This document shows positions 13,999 to 27,500 of a DNA stretch of 64,000 nucleotides, in pieces; positions within the stretch are counted from its first letter, which is position 1, and every line of letters begins with the position of its first letter. The position numbers and the translations under genes were made by a program. The DNA is taken from assembly GCA_964016885.1 (NCBI GenBank), contig OZ024742.1, forward strand, positions 127,968,001 to 128,032,000, given 5' to 3'. Source of the DNA: Eledone cirrhosa (taxonomy: Eukaryota). The notes under the pieces were generated by a model. That model ran no database searches. It was not told the DNA's origin and worked only from the letters and a program-made list of their open reading frames with translations.

Positions 13999-16900
13999 CA
14001 TCATCATCACCGTTTTACGTCCGTTCTTCCATGCTAGCATGGGTTAGATGGGTTGTCCTGTTGTGGGCAGTGTCTGGTCGGCTGACCACGCCTTGCTCAT
14101 ACAGGAACTGATTTTGGCTTGGTTTCTACAGCTGGATGCCCTTCCTAACACCAACCTCATTTACAGTGAGTGCTGGGTGCTTTTTTCCGTGGTGCCTACA
14201 CGTCCACTTTACAGTGTGGGCTGGGTGCTTTTTTGCCGTGGCACCTCCACGACCACTTTGCAGTGGGAGGGTGTGGGGCATATTGTCTATATGCTTCAGC
14301 TTGTACCCATGGGAGGTCGGGTACTCTGTATTACTGCATGACACCAGAGGTCACGGTCGTGTGTCATTGCCTTTGAGAGGTGCAACTGGGTAATGTCGGT
14401 CCCTATCACCTCAGCTGTCATCCTTCATACGCATCATATGTCCATACCAATGCAACCGCCTCTCCTGCACACAGCATTTGATTCCTCTTATGCTCAGTCT
14501 CTCTCTCAATTCATTTATGCTTTGCCGTTCGCGTATATTACTATTACACATCCATCGGAGCATGCAGGCTTCGTTTCTTTCTAATCTACGTAAGTCTACC
14601 ACCTTCAGCGCCCAGGTCTCACTACCATGTAATATTGCTGTTCGGATATACGCATCATACAGTCTGCCTTTCATTTTGAGGGAGAAGCCTTTTGCAGCTA
14701 GCAGTGGCAGTAGCTCCCTGAACTTCTTCCATCCTGTTCTTACTCTAGTTATTGTACTTTCTGAACACCCACCTCCGCTGCTAATTCGGTCACCTAGGTA
14801 GCCGAAGCTGTCTACTGTTTCTACAGAGCCCTCCCAGAGATTGGTGGTACTTGTTTCCTGTGGCTGTTTGCTGCTTGCTGTCCCAGCACAGCTGCTACAT
14901 GTGAAGCCTACATTCTTAATTAAGCTTCCTGAGATCCCGCTACATCTCTTGTGTACCCATTGTTTGCATTTGGGGCAGAGAATGGAGTTGCTACCTACAC
15001 CTTTCCTACATACTGAGCAAGGCCATTTCCCTGAGGGGATCTGGGTTCTGTTTTCTCATCTACTTACAAGGACCTTAGTTATTGTCATGTTGACTTTGAG
15101 ACCCTTTCTTTCTAGTCCCTGCTTCCAGGTTTGGAATTTCTTCTCTAGTTCTACCATAGATTCAGCTATAAGTGCGAGGTCATCTGCATGCAGGAGTTCC
15201 CATGGGCATCTGGTCTTAAGCTCCTCCATTATTGCCTGCAGGACTATGATGAACAGGAGAGGGCTAAGAACAGAGCCCTGGTGGACACCGACTTGTATGC
15301 TAAATTCCTCGCTATAGTCATTGCTAATCCTAACTTTGCTGACTGCTCCCCTATACATGGCTTGTACAGCTTTCACAAGCCATTCATCTACTCCTAGTTT
15401 TCTAAGAGCCCACCAGATTATAGCGCGTGGAACTCTGTCAAAGGCTTTCTCGAGATCGACGAATGCCAGGTAGAGTGGCTTACTTTTAACTAGGTACTTT
15501 TCCTGTAACTACCTCCAAGGAAGAGGGCATCAGTGGTGCCTCTTCCTGGTACAAACCCAAATTGCATCTCATCTAGTTTCACCCAGTCCCTAATCAACTG
15601 TGCTATAACTCTTTCTGTTACTTTCATGACCTGGTCCATCAGCTTTATACCTCTATGGTTTCCTCTATCTAGTGCATCACCTTTATCTTTGTAGCAGTTG
15701 ACAATGATGCTACTGCACCAATCTTTTAGTATGTCACCTTCTAGTATTACCTGGTTAACAATATGTGTGGTTATAGTGTGACCTACAGACCCAGATGCCT
15801 TCAGCATCTCGGCAGCTATACCCGATGGACCGGTTGCCTTCCCCATCTTCATATCTTTGATTGCCTTACTTACTACGCTGCTGCTGACTTGTACTGCTGG
15901 CCCCTCTATAGGGTCTACTTGGGGTAGGGTCTCTTCTTCCCATGCATTCTCCTCATTTAGTAATCTATGATAATGGCTCTTCCATGCATCTTTCTTCTCA
16001 GCACTTGTGAGGGCAAGCTCACCTTTATCATTCCGGATACACTTCTCTCCAATGACATTACAATTCTCTCTGACACAGTGCCTGGCAATCTTGAACACCT
16101 CCTGTTTCTGGTCCTCACGTTGCAAAACATGCTTGAATTTTCTATCCTCTGCTTCCCTCCTAGCTTCCCTCTTGGTCTCTATGTAATGTACCCTGCTTCC
16201 CCCGTTCTTCCATTCTTTCCATGCCTGTCTCTTGGCCTTATTGTTCCATCACCAAGTCAATCTCCTCCTGCTTGTGGTCTTACTCCAGCCACAGATCTCA
16301 TCCATCGCCTCTAGTAAGTTATTTTTTAGGAACTCCCAGTGCTCTTCTACACTGAATGTCTATCTGTTCTTCTTTACTGTCGTAGGCATTGAGTAAAATA
16401 TCTTTAAATCTGTTACTGGCCGAGGGGTCTTTCAGCTTCCAGATCTTTCTTCTCCAGGTTGGCCTCTGCTTCCAGGTTCGTCTAGTTCTGACCGTGAGGT
16501 CGCCGACAACTAAGCTATGTTGGGAGGTACATTCCTCACTAGGGAAGGCTTTTGTGTTTACGACCGTCCATCTGTCACATCCTCTGATGAGGATAAAATC
16601 TATCTGACTAGAATGCTCCCCTGATCTATAGGTGATCAGGTGGTTGTCGGGTTTTTTGAAGTTTGTGTTACATATCGACATGTCATTGGCGTCGCAGAAT
16701 TCTAGAAGTCTGAATCCTTCTTCATTTCTTGTGCAAACCCCATGGCCTCCATGGACTCTATTGAAGCCGTCACAGTGTTTACTTACATGTCCGTTAAAAT
16801 CTCCTGCGATGATTAGGAAGTCATTGTCGTTTGTTAGAGCAGTAGTGTGCATTAGGGACTCATAAAACCTATCCTTAAGTTCGTCTGGCAACCCCGATTG

Positions 16901-17330
16901 GGGTGCGTAAGCTGATATTATTGTGGTAATTGTTTTATTCCGGACTAGTCTGAGTTTAATGATTCTTGCATTTACCCTGTACACTGAGATTACTTTATCT
17001 ACCCACTTGTCAGCTAGTAGTATACCTACACCACCCATCCCATCATCATTTCCCACCCAGAAAAATTTGTAGCACTGACTTTTTCCTACAAGGACTCTAG
17101 CAGACTCTCCTCTCCATCTAGTCTCTTGCACACAACATACATCAATTTCTTTTCGCTCCAGCATCTCTACGATTTCTCCTGCTCTTCCTTTCATTGTGCT
17201 TACATTGATGGTACCAACTCTGAGTTTTGGGCATTTGTCAACATTCGTAGAGAAGGGTCGATTTTTGCAGGGTGTGTGTATGTGCTTCCTGTCTCTGAAT
17301 TGGGGCTTCACATGGGTGCTTGGTAGCTCG
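13999..17330 (-). mobile_element. RTE-clade LINE, near full-length with APE domain (family B), decayed
   Basis: APE 16319-17311 (VQETRW, SAYAPQ, GDFNGHV, QIDFIL). RT pieces 14411-16125. (TGA)n tail at about 14000. Short internal deletions; the 5' UTR may extend to about 17800. Confidence 0.92.
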
Positions 17331-17464
17331 TGGATTCATATTCATTTTCATCTATTAATTCAGAGTTGCTCCATTTATTCTCAGCTCATCCATACATAAC
17401 GGTAGGAAAATTCAGGGCTAGAAGAACAGTGGTAATAATGGCAGGGTGTGTTGGGCTGGAGGGA

Positions 17465-17745
17465 TGGTGGTGTGAGGGGGCGGGAGGGATGGGAGTGTGA
17501 GGGGGCGGGAGGGAGGGAGAGTGTGAGGGGGCGGGAGGGAGGGAAATTGTGAGGTAGGTAGCCATCATGGCCTGTAGGATCTCATGGCAAAATAAACCAA
17601 TAGGAGTAGATGACTTCGTAGAGACAGTGAAATGATAAATACAACAACCAATAATAGTGTGAGAGAGGAAATGATAAATACAACAACTAATAATAGTGTA
17701 AGAGAGAGAGAAAGAGAGTAGATGACTTCGTAGAGGGACAGCATG
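17465..17745. repeat. Short tandem duplications upstream of the RTE ORF
   Basis: GTGAGGGGGCGGGAGGGA x3; GAAATGATAAATACAACAAC(C/T)AATAATAGTGT x2; GAGTAGATGACTTCGTAGAG x2. Confidence 0.7.
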
Positions 17746-18378
17746 GGAAAAGAAAATGAAGGTAAAAATAAATGTGTTGTGGAAGCTAGTGAAATGATAA
17801 ATATAGCAATAATTGTGTGAGTGGAACATTGTTTGCATATATGCGGCAGTACTACAAATACACATACATCCTAGATCACAACCAAAAAGAGGACAATCAA
17901 CTAAATGGCAATGATTCACTTACCAACATACTTCAACCACTAGTTTACATATGTACAGTTTGCTCTCTTTGTCAGCTGACACTTCTCTTCCTATCATCCT
18001 TACTGTATCTCACCTACTAGACATCCAACTCATCCACCACCACCATTGAACACTCTGTTTAATAATTTCTCCCCAGAGATGTGTGCAATCCTTTACAATT
18101 CTCTCTATGGTTATGCTTTTACTGCAGACATTGATCTTAAAGCTTAACATAAATTGTACCAACCCTTGCTAACAGAGAAAACAGATGTAAACCAATGATA
18201 ATGATGAATTTCAACAGTCTGAAAGGCCCTAAAAAATTCGTCATTTGATCTATTTTTCCTGATTCATCATCATCATGACTAATTTATGTAAAAATAAAAA
18301 AAAATTTGATTCCTTTGAACACAGTATTTAAAAAATGTTTTGATGTAAAATGTTTCTGAAAAATAAAAAAATGATTAC

Positions 18379-18471
18379 CTTTTCTTTCCAGTTAAATTGT
18401 TGTTCGAGTTTTCCACTTAATTTATTTATAGTTTCTTCTGCCTGCACTGTTGTAACCTTTTGGTTTGCAAT
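18379..18471 (-). CDS. FKBP15: FKBP15-like exon I (IANQKVTTVQAEETINKLSGKLEQQFNWKEK)
   Basis: Strong polypyrimidine+tag acceptor, AAG|gtaatc donor, 93 bp, phase 0/0. Confidence 0.8.
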
Positions 18472-18550
18472 CTAAAAGAGAAAAAGAAATTGTTAATGAA
18501 ATGAAATATAACTGTGTATTGTGAAGAGGTCAGTAGCTCTGACTAAGTAC

Positions 18551-21500
18551 TGACTTGGTCTGTGTCTAGCTGTCAAACCCTTGCGAGCAGGGAAAACATG
18601 ACTTGGTCTGTGACTAGCTGTCAAACCCTTGTTAGCAGGGAAAACATGACTTGGTCTGTGACTAGCTGTCAAACCCGTGTTAGCAGGGAAAACATGACTT
18701 GGTCAGTATCTAGCTGTCAAACCCTTGTTAGCAGGGAAAACATGAATTGGTCAGTGTCTAGCTGTCAAACCCTTGTTAGCAGGGAAAATATGACTTGGTC
18801 TGTGACTAGCTATCAAACCCTTGCTAGCAGGGAAAACATAACTTGGTCTGTGTCTAGCTGTCAAACCCTTGTTAGCAGGGAAAACATGACTTGGTCAGTG
18901 TCTAGCTGTCAAACCCTTGTTAGCAGGGAAAACATGACTTGTTCTGTGACTAGCTGTCAAACCCTTGCTAGCTGGGAAAACATGACTTGTTCTGTGACTA
19001 GCTGTCAATCCCTTGCTAGCTGGGAAAACATGACTTGGTCTGTGACTAGCTGTCAAACCCTTGCTAGCTGGGAAAACATGACTTGGTCTGTGACTAGCTG
19101 TCAAACCCTTGCTAGCTGGGAAAACATGACTTGGTCTGTGACTAGCTGTCAAAGCCTTACTAGCAGGGAAAACATGACTTGGTCTGTGTTTAGCTGTCAA
19201 AGCCTTACTAGGAGGAAAAACATGACTTGGTCTGTGACTAGCTGTCAAAGCCTTACTAGCAGGGAAAACATGACCTGGTCTGTGTCTATCTGTCAAACCC
19301 TTGCTAGCTGGGAAAACATGACTTGTTCTGTGACTAGCTGTCAAACCCTTGCTAGCTGGGAAAACATGACTTGGTCTGTGACTAGCTGTCAAACCCTTAC
19401 TAGCAGGGAAAACATGACTTGGTCTGTGTTTAGCTGTCAAACCCTTCCTAGCAGGGAAAACATGACTTGGTCTGGGTCTAGCTGTCAAAGCCTTACTAGC
19501 AGGGGAAACATGACTTGGTCTGTGTCTAGTTGTCAAAGCCTTACTAGCAGAGAAACATGACTTGGTCTGTGTCTAGCTGTCAAACCCTTGCTAGCATGGA
19601 AAATATGACCTGGTCTGTGTCTAGCTGTCAAACCCTTGCTAGCTGGGAAAACATGACTTGGTCTGTGATTAGCTGTCAAACCCTTGTTAGGAGGGAAAAC
19701 ATGACTTGGTCTGTGTTTAGCTGTCAAACCCTTACTAACAGGGAAAACATGACTTGGTTTGTGTCTAGCTGTCAAACCCTTGCTAGCCGGGGAGACATGA
19801 CTTGGTTTGTGTCTAGCTGTCAAACCCTTGCTAGCTGGGAAAACATGACTTGGTCTGTGATTAGCTGTCAAAGCCTTGTTAGCAGGGAAAACATGACTTG
19901 GTCTGTGTCTAACTGTCAAAGCCTTACTAGGAGGGAAAACATGACCTGGTCTGTGTCTAGCTGTCAAACCCTTGCTAGCTGGGAAAACATGACCTGGTGT
20001 GTGTCTAGCTGTCAAACCCTTGCTAGCAGGGAAAACATGACTTGGTCTGTGTTTAGCTGTCAAACCCTTACTAACAGGGAAAACATGACTTGGTTTGTGT
20101 CTAGCTGTCAAACCCTTGCTAGCCGGGGAGACATGACTTGGTTTGTGTCTAGCTGTCAAACCCTTGCTAGCTGGGAAAACATGACTTGGTCTGTGATTAG
20201 CTGTCAAAGCCTTGTTAGCAGAGAAAACATGACTTGGTCTGTGTCTAACTGTCAAAGCCTTACTAGGAGGAAAAACATGACCTGGTCTGTGTCTAGCTGT
20301 CAAACCCTTGCTAGCTGGCAAAACATGACCTGGTATGTGTCTAGCTGTCAAACCCTTGCTAGCAGGGAAAACATGACTTGGTCTGTGTCTAGCTGTCAAA
20401 GCCTTACTAGGAGGGAAAACATGACTTGGTCTGTGTCTAGCTGTCAAAGCCTTACTAGCAGGGAAAACATGACTTGTTAGCAAACCCTTGTTAGCAGGGA
20501 AAACATGATTAGTTGTCAAACCCTTGTTAGGAGGGAAAACATGACCTGGTCTGTGCTTAGCTGCCAAACCTTTGCTAGCTGGGAAAACATGACTTGGTCT
20601 GTGACTAGCTGTCAAACCCTTGTTAGCAGGGAAAACATAACTTGGTCTATGACTAGCTGTCAAACCCTTGCTAGGAGGGAAAACATGACCTGGTCTGTGT
20701 TTAGCTGTCAAACCCTTGCTAGCTGGGAAAACATGACTTGGTCTGTGACTAGCTGTCAAACCCTTGTTAGCAGGGAAAACATGACCGGGTCTGTGTTTAG
20801 CTGTCAAACGCTTGCTAGCAGGGAAAACATGACCTGGTCTGTGTTTAGCTGTCAAACCCATGTTAGCAGGGAAAACATGACTTGGTCTGTGACTAGCTGT
20901 CAAACCCTTGCTAGCAGGGAAAACATGACTTGTTCTGTGTCTAGCTGTCAAACCCATGTGAGCAGGGAAAACATGACTTGGTCTGTGTCTAGCTGTCAAA
21001 CCCTTGTAAGCAGGAAAAACATGACTTGTTCTGTGTCTAGCTGTCAAACCCATGTGAGCAGGGAAAACATGACTTGGTCTGTGTCTAGCTGTCAAACCCA
21101 TGTGAGCAGGGAAAACATGACTTGGTCTGTGTCTAGCTGTCAAACCCTTGTAAGCAGGAAAAACATGACTTGATCTGTGACTAGCTGTCAAACTCTTGCA
21201 AGCTGGGAAAACATGACTTGGGCTGTGTCTAGCTGTCAAACCCTTGTTGGCAGGGAAAACATGACTTGGTCTGTGACTAGCTGTCAAACCCTTGTTGGCA
21301 GGGAAAACATGACTTGGTCTGTGACTAGCTGTCAAACCCTTGCTAGCTGGGAAAACATGACTTGATCTGTGACTAACTGTTAAACCCTTGTTAGCAGGGA
21401 GAACATGACTTGGTCTGTGTCGAGCTGTCAAACCCTTGCTAGCAGGGAAAACATGACTTGGTCTCTGACTAGCTGTCAAACAATTGCTAGCAGGGAAAAC

Positions 21501-24500
21501 ATGACTTGGTCTGTGTTTAGCTGTCAAACCCTTGCTAGCAGGGAAAACATGACCTGGTCTGTGTCTAGCTGTCAGGCCCTTGCTAGCAGGGAAAACATGA
21601 CTTGGTCTGTGACTAGCTTTCAAACCCTTGCTAGCTGGGAAAACATGACTTGGTCTGTGTCTAGCTGTCAAACCCTCGTTAGCAGAGAAAACATGACCTG
21701 GTCTGTGTTTAGCTGTCAAACCCTTGTTAGCAGGGAAAACATGACTTGGTCTGTGACTAGCTGTCAAACCCTCGTTAGCAGAGAAAACATGACTTGGTCT
21801 GTGTCTAGCTGTCAAACCCTTGTTAGCAGGGAAAACATGACTTGGTCTGTGACTAGCTGTCAAACCCTTGCTAGCTGGAAAAACATGACTTGGTCTGTGA
21901 TTAGCTGTCAAACCCTTGTTAGGAGGGAAAACATGACTTGGTCTGTGTTTAGCTGTCAAACCCTTACTAACAGGGAAAACATGACTTGGTTTGTGTCTAG
22001 CTGTCAAACCCTTGCTAGCCGGGGAGACATGACTTGGTTTGTGTCTAGCTGTCAAACCCTTGCTAGCTGGGAAAACATGACTTGGTCTGTGATTAGCTGT
22101 CAAAGCCTTGTTAGCAGGGAAAACATGACTTGGTCTGTGTCTAACTGTCAAAGCCTTACTAGGAGGGAAAACATGACCTGGTCTGTGTCTAGCTGTCAAA
22201 CCCTTGCTAGCTGGGAAAACATGACCTGGTGTGTGTCTAGCTGTCAAACCCTTGCTAGCAGGGAAAACATGACTTGGTCTGTGTTTAGCTGTCAAACCCT
22301 TACTAACAGGGAAAACATGACTTGGTTTGTGTCTAGCTGTCAAACCCTTGCTAGCTGGGAAAACATGACTTGGTCTGTGATTAGCTGTCAAAGCCTTGTT
22401 AGCAGGGAAAACATGACTTGGTCTGTGTCTAACTGTCAAAGCCTTACCAGGAGGGAAAACATGACCTGGTCTGTGTCTAGCTGTCAAACCCTTGCTAGCT
22501 GGCAAAACATGACCTGGTATGTGTCTAGCTGTCAAACCCTTGCTAGCAGGGAAAACATGACTTGGTCTGTGTCTAGCTGTCAAAGCCTTACTAGGAGGGA
22601 AAACATGACTTGGTCTGTGTCTAGCTGTCAAAGCCTTACTAGCAGGGAAAACATGACTTGTTAGCAAACCCTTGTTAGCAGGGAAAACATGATTAGTTGT
22701 CAAACCCTTGTTAGGAGGGAAAACATGACCTGGTCTGTGCTTAGCTGCCAAACCTTTGCTAGCTGGGAAAACATGACTTGGTCTGTGACTAGCTGTCAAA
22801 CCCTTGTTAGCAGGGAAAACATAACTTGGTCTATGACTAGCTGTCAAACCCTTGCTAGGAGGGAAAACATGACCTGGTCTGTGTTTAGCTGTCAAACCCT
22901 TGCTAGCTGGGAAAACATGACTTGGTCTGTGACTAGCTGTCAAACCCTTGTTAGCAGGGAAAACATGACCTGGTCTGTGTTTAGCTGTCAAACGCTTGCT
23001 AGCAGGGAAAACATGACCTGGTCTGTGTTTAGCTGTCAAACCCATGTTAGCAGGGAAAACATGACTTGGTCTGTGACTAGCTGTCAAACCCTTGCTAGCA
23101 GGGAAAACATGACTTGTTCTGTGTCTAGCTGTCAAACCCATGTGAGCAGGGAAAACATGACTTGGTCTGTGTCTAGCTGTCAAACCCTTGTAAGCAGGAA
23201 AAACATGACTTGTTCTGTGTCTAGCTGTCAAACCCATGTGAGCAGGGAAAACATGACTTGGTCTGTGTCTAGCTGTCAAACCCTTGACAGCAGGAAAAAC
23301 ATGACTTGGTCTGTGTCTAGCTGTCAAACCCTTGTAAGCAGGAAAAACATGACTTGATCTGTGACTAGCTGTCAAACTCTTGCAAGCTGGGAAAACATGA
23401 CTTGGGCTGTGTCTAGCTGTCAAACCCTTGTTGGCAGGGAAAACATGACTTGGTCTGTGACTAGCTGTCAAACCCTTGTTGGCAGGGAAAACATGACTTG
23501 GTCTGTGACTAGCTGTCAAACCCTTGCTAGCTGGGAAAACATGACTTGATCTGTGACTAACTGTTAAACCCTTGTTAGCAGGGAGAACATGACTTGGTCT
23601 GTGTCGAGCTGTCAAACCCTTGCTAGCAGGGAAAACATGACTTGGTCTCTGACTAGCTGTCAAACACTTGCTAGCAGGGAAAACATGACTTGGTCTGTGT
23701 TTAGCTGTCAAACCCTTGCTAGCAGGGAAAACATGACCTGGTCTGTGACTAGCTTTCAAACCCTTGCTAGCTGGGAAAACATGACTTGGTCTGTGTCTAG
23801 CTGTCAAACCCTCGTTAGCAGAGAAAACATGACCTGGTCTGTGTTTAGCTGTCAAACCCTTGTTAGCAGGGAAAACATGACTTGGTCTGTGACTAGCTGT
23901 CAAACCCTCGTTAGCAGAGAAAACATGACTTGGTCTGTGTCTAGCTGTCAAACCCTTGTTAGCAGGGAAAACATGACTTGGTCTGTGACTAGCTGTCAAA
24001 CCCTTGCTAGCTGGAAAAACATGACTTGGTCTGTGATTAGCTGTCAAACCCTTGTTAGGAGGGAAAACATGACTTGGTCTGTGTTTAGCTGTCAAACCCT
24101 TACTAACAGGGAAAACATGACTTGGTTTGTGTCTAGCTGTCAAACCCTTGCTAGCCGGGGAGACATGACTTGGTTTGTGTCTAGCTGTCAAACCCTTGCT
24201 AGCTGGGAAAACATGACTTGGTCTGTGATTAGCTGTCAAAGCCTTGTTAGCAGGGAAAACATGACTTGGTCTGTGTCTAACTGTCAAAGCCTTACTAGGA
24301 GGGAAAACATGACCTGGTCTGTGTCTAGTTGTCAAACCCTTGCTAGCTGGGAAAACATGACCTGGTGTGTGTCTAGCTGTCAAACCCTTGCTAGCAGGGA
24401 AAACATGACTTGGTCTGTGTTTAGCTGTCAAACCCTTACTAACAGGGAAAACATGACTTGGTTTGTGTCTAGCTGTCAAACCCTTGCTAGCTGGGAAAAC

Positions 24501-27500
24501 ATGACTTGGTCTGTGATTAGCTGTCAAAGCCTTGTTAGCAGGGAAAACATGACTTGGTCTGTGTCTAACTGTCAAAGCCTTACCAGGAGGGAAAACATGA
24601 CCTGGTCTGTGTCTAGCTGTCAAACCCTTGCTAGCTGGCAAAACATGACCTGGTATGTGTCTAGCTGTCAAACCCTTGCTAGCAGGGAAAACATGACTTG
24701 GTCTGTGTCTAGCTGTCAAAGCCTTACTAGGAGGGAAAACATGACTTGGTCTGTGTCTAGCTGTCAAAGCCTTACTAGCAGGGAAAACATGACTTGTTAG
24801 CAAACCCTTGTTAGCAGGGAAAACATGATTAGTTGTCAAACCCTTGTTAGGAGGGAAAACATGACCTGGTCTGTGCTTAGCTGCCAAACCTTTGCTAGCT
24901 GGGAAAACATGACTTGGTCTGTGACTAGCTGTCAAACCCTTGTTAGCAGGGAAAACATAACTTGGTCTATGACTAGCTGTCAAACCCTTGCTAGGAGGGA
25001 AAACATGACCTGGTCTGTGTTTAGCTGTCAAACCCTTGCTAGCTGGGAAAACATGACTTGGTCTGTGACTAGCTGTCAAACCCTTGTTAGCAGGGAAAAC
25101 ATGACCTGGTCTGTGTTTAGCTGTCAAACGCTTGCTAGCAGGGAAAACATGACCTGGTCTGTGTTTAGCTGTCAAACCCATGTTAGCAGGGAAAACATGA
25201 CTTGGTCTGTGACTAGCTGTCAAACCCTTGCTAGCAGGGAAAACATGACTTGTTCTGTGTCTAGCTGTCAAACCCATGTGAGCAGGGAAAACATGACTTG
25301 GTCTGTGTCTAGCTGTCAAACCCTTGTAAGCAGGAAAAACATGACTTGTTCTGTGTCTAGCTGTCAAACCCATGTGAGCAGGGAAAACATGACTTGGTTT
25401 GTGTCTAGCTGTCAAACCCTTGACAGCAGGAAACACATGACTTGGTCTGTGTCTAGCTGTCAAACCCTTGTAAGCAGGAAAAACATGACTTGATCTGTGA
25501 CTAGCTGTCAAACTCTTGCAAGCTGGGAAAACATGACTTGGGCTGTGTCTAGCTGTCAAACCCTTGTTGGCAGGGAAAACATGACTTGGTCTGTGACTAG
25601 CTGTCAAACCCTTGTTGGCAGGGAAAACATGACTTGGTCTGTGACTAGCTGTCAAACCCTTGCTAGCTGGGAAAACATGACTTGATCTGTGACTAACTGT
25701 TAAACCCTTGTTAGCAGGGAGAACATGACTTGGTCTGTGTCGAGCTGTCAAACCCTTGCTAGCAGGGAAAACATGACTTGGTCTCTGACTAGCTGTCAAA
25801 CACTTGCTAGCAGGGAAAACATGACTTGGTCTGTGTTTAGCTGTCAAACCCTTGCTAGCAGGGAAAACATGACCTGGTCTGTGACTAGCTTTCAAACCCT
25901 TGCTAGCTGGGAAAACATGACTTGGTCTGTGTCTAGCTGTCAAACCCTCGTTAGCAGAGAAAACATGACCTGGTCTGTGTTTAGCTGTCAAACCCTTGTT
26001 AGCAGGGAAAACATGACCTGGTCTGTGACTAGCTGTCAAAGCCTTGTTAGCAGGGAAAACATGACTTGGTCTCTGACTAGCTGTCAAGCCCTTGCTCGCA
26101 GGGAAAACATGACCTGGTCTGTGTCTAGCTGTCAAACCCTTGCTAGCAGAGAAAACATGACTTGGTCTGTGTCTAGCTGTTAAACCCTTGCTAGCTGGGA
26201 AAACATGACTTGGTCTGTGACTAGCTGTCAAACCCTTGTTAGCAGGGAAAACATAACTTGGTCTATGACTAGCTGTCAAACCCTTGCTAGGAGGGAAAAC
26301 ATGACCTGGTCTGTGTTTAGCTGTCAAACCCTTGCTAGCTGGGAAAACATGACTTGGTCTGTGACTAGCTGTCAAACCCTTGTTAGCAGGGAAAACATGA
26401 CCTGGTCTGTGACTAGCTGTCAAACCCTTGCTAGCAGGGAAAACATGACTTGTTCTGTGTCTAGCTGTCAAACCCATGTGAGCAGGGAAAACATGACTTG
26501 GTCTGTGTCTAGCTGTCAAACCCTTGTAAGCAGGAAAAACATGACTTGTTCTGTGTCTAGCTGTCAAACCCATGTGAGCAGGGAAAACATGACTTGGTCT
26601 GTGTCTAGCTGTCAAACCCTTGACAGCAGGAAAAACATGACTTGTTCTGTGTCTAGCTGTCAAACCCATGTGAGCAGGGAAAACATGACTTGGTCTGTGT
26701 CTAGCTGTCAAACCCTTGTAAGCAGGAAAAACATGACTTGATCTGTGACTAGCTGTCAAACTCTTGCAAGCTGGGAAAACATGACTTGGGCTGTGTCTAG
26801 CTGTCAAACCCTTGTTGGCAGGGAAAACATGACCTGGTCTGTGTCTAGCTGTCAAACCCTTGCTAGCAGGGAAAACATGACCTGGTCTGTGTCTAGCTGT
26901 CAAACCCTTGCTAGCAGGGAAAACATGACTTGGTCTGTGACTAGCTGTCAAACCCTTGCTAGCTGGGAAATCATGACTTGGTCTGTGACTAGCTGTCAAA
27001 CCCTTGCTAGCACGGAAAACATAACTTGATCTGTGACTAGCTGTCAAACCCTTGTTAGCAGGGAAAACATGACTTGGCCTGTGACTAGCTGTCAAACCCT
27101 TGCTAGCAGGGAAAACATGACCTGGTCTGTGTCTAGCTGTCAAAGCGTTGTTAGCAGGGGAAACATGACCTGGTCTGTGTCTAGCTGTCAAACCCTTGTT
27201 AGCAGGGAAACCATGACCTGGTCTGTGTTTAGCTGTCAAGCCCTTGCTAGCAGGGAAAACATGACTTGGTCTGTGTCTAACTGTCAAAGCCTTACTAGGA
27301 GGGAAAACATGACCTGGTCTGTGTTTAGCTGTCAAACCCTTGCTAGCTGGGAAAACATGACTTGGTCTGTGACTAGCTGTCAAACCCTTGTTAGCAGGGA
27401 AAACATGACTAGCTGTCAAACCCTTGCTAGCTGGGAAAACATGACTTGGTCTGTGACTAACTGTTAAACCCTTGTTAGCAGGGAGAACATGACTTGGTCT

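Noticed and set aside
4615-17400. Numerous plus-strand ORFs overlapping the LINEs
   Set aside because: Antisense shadows of RT and APE coding sequence.
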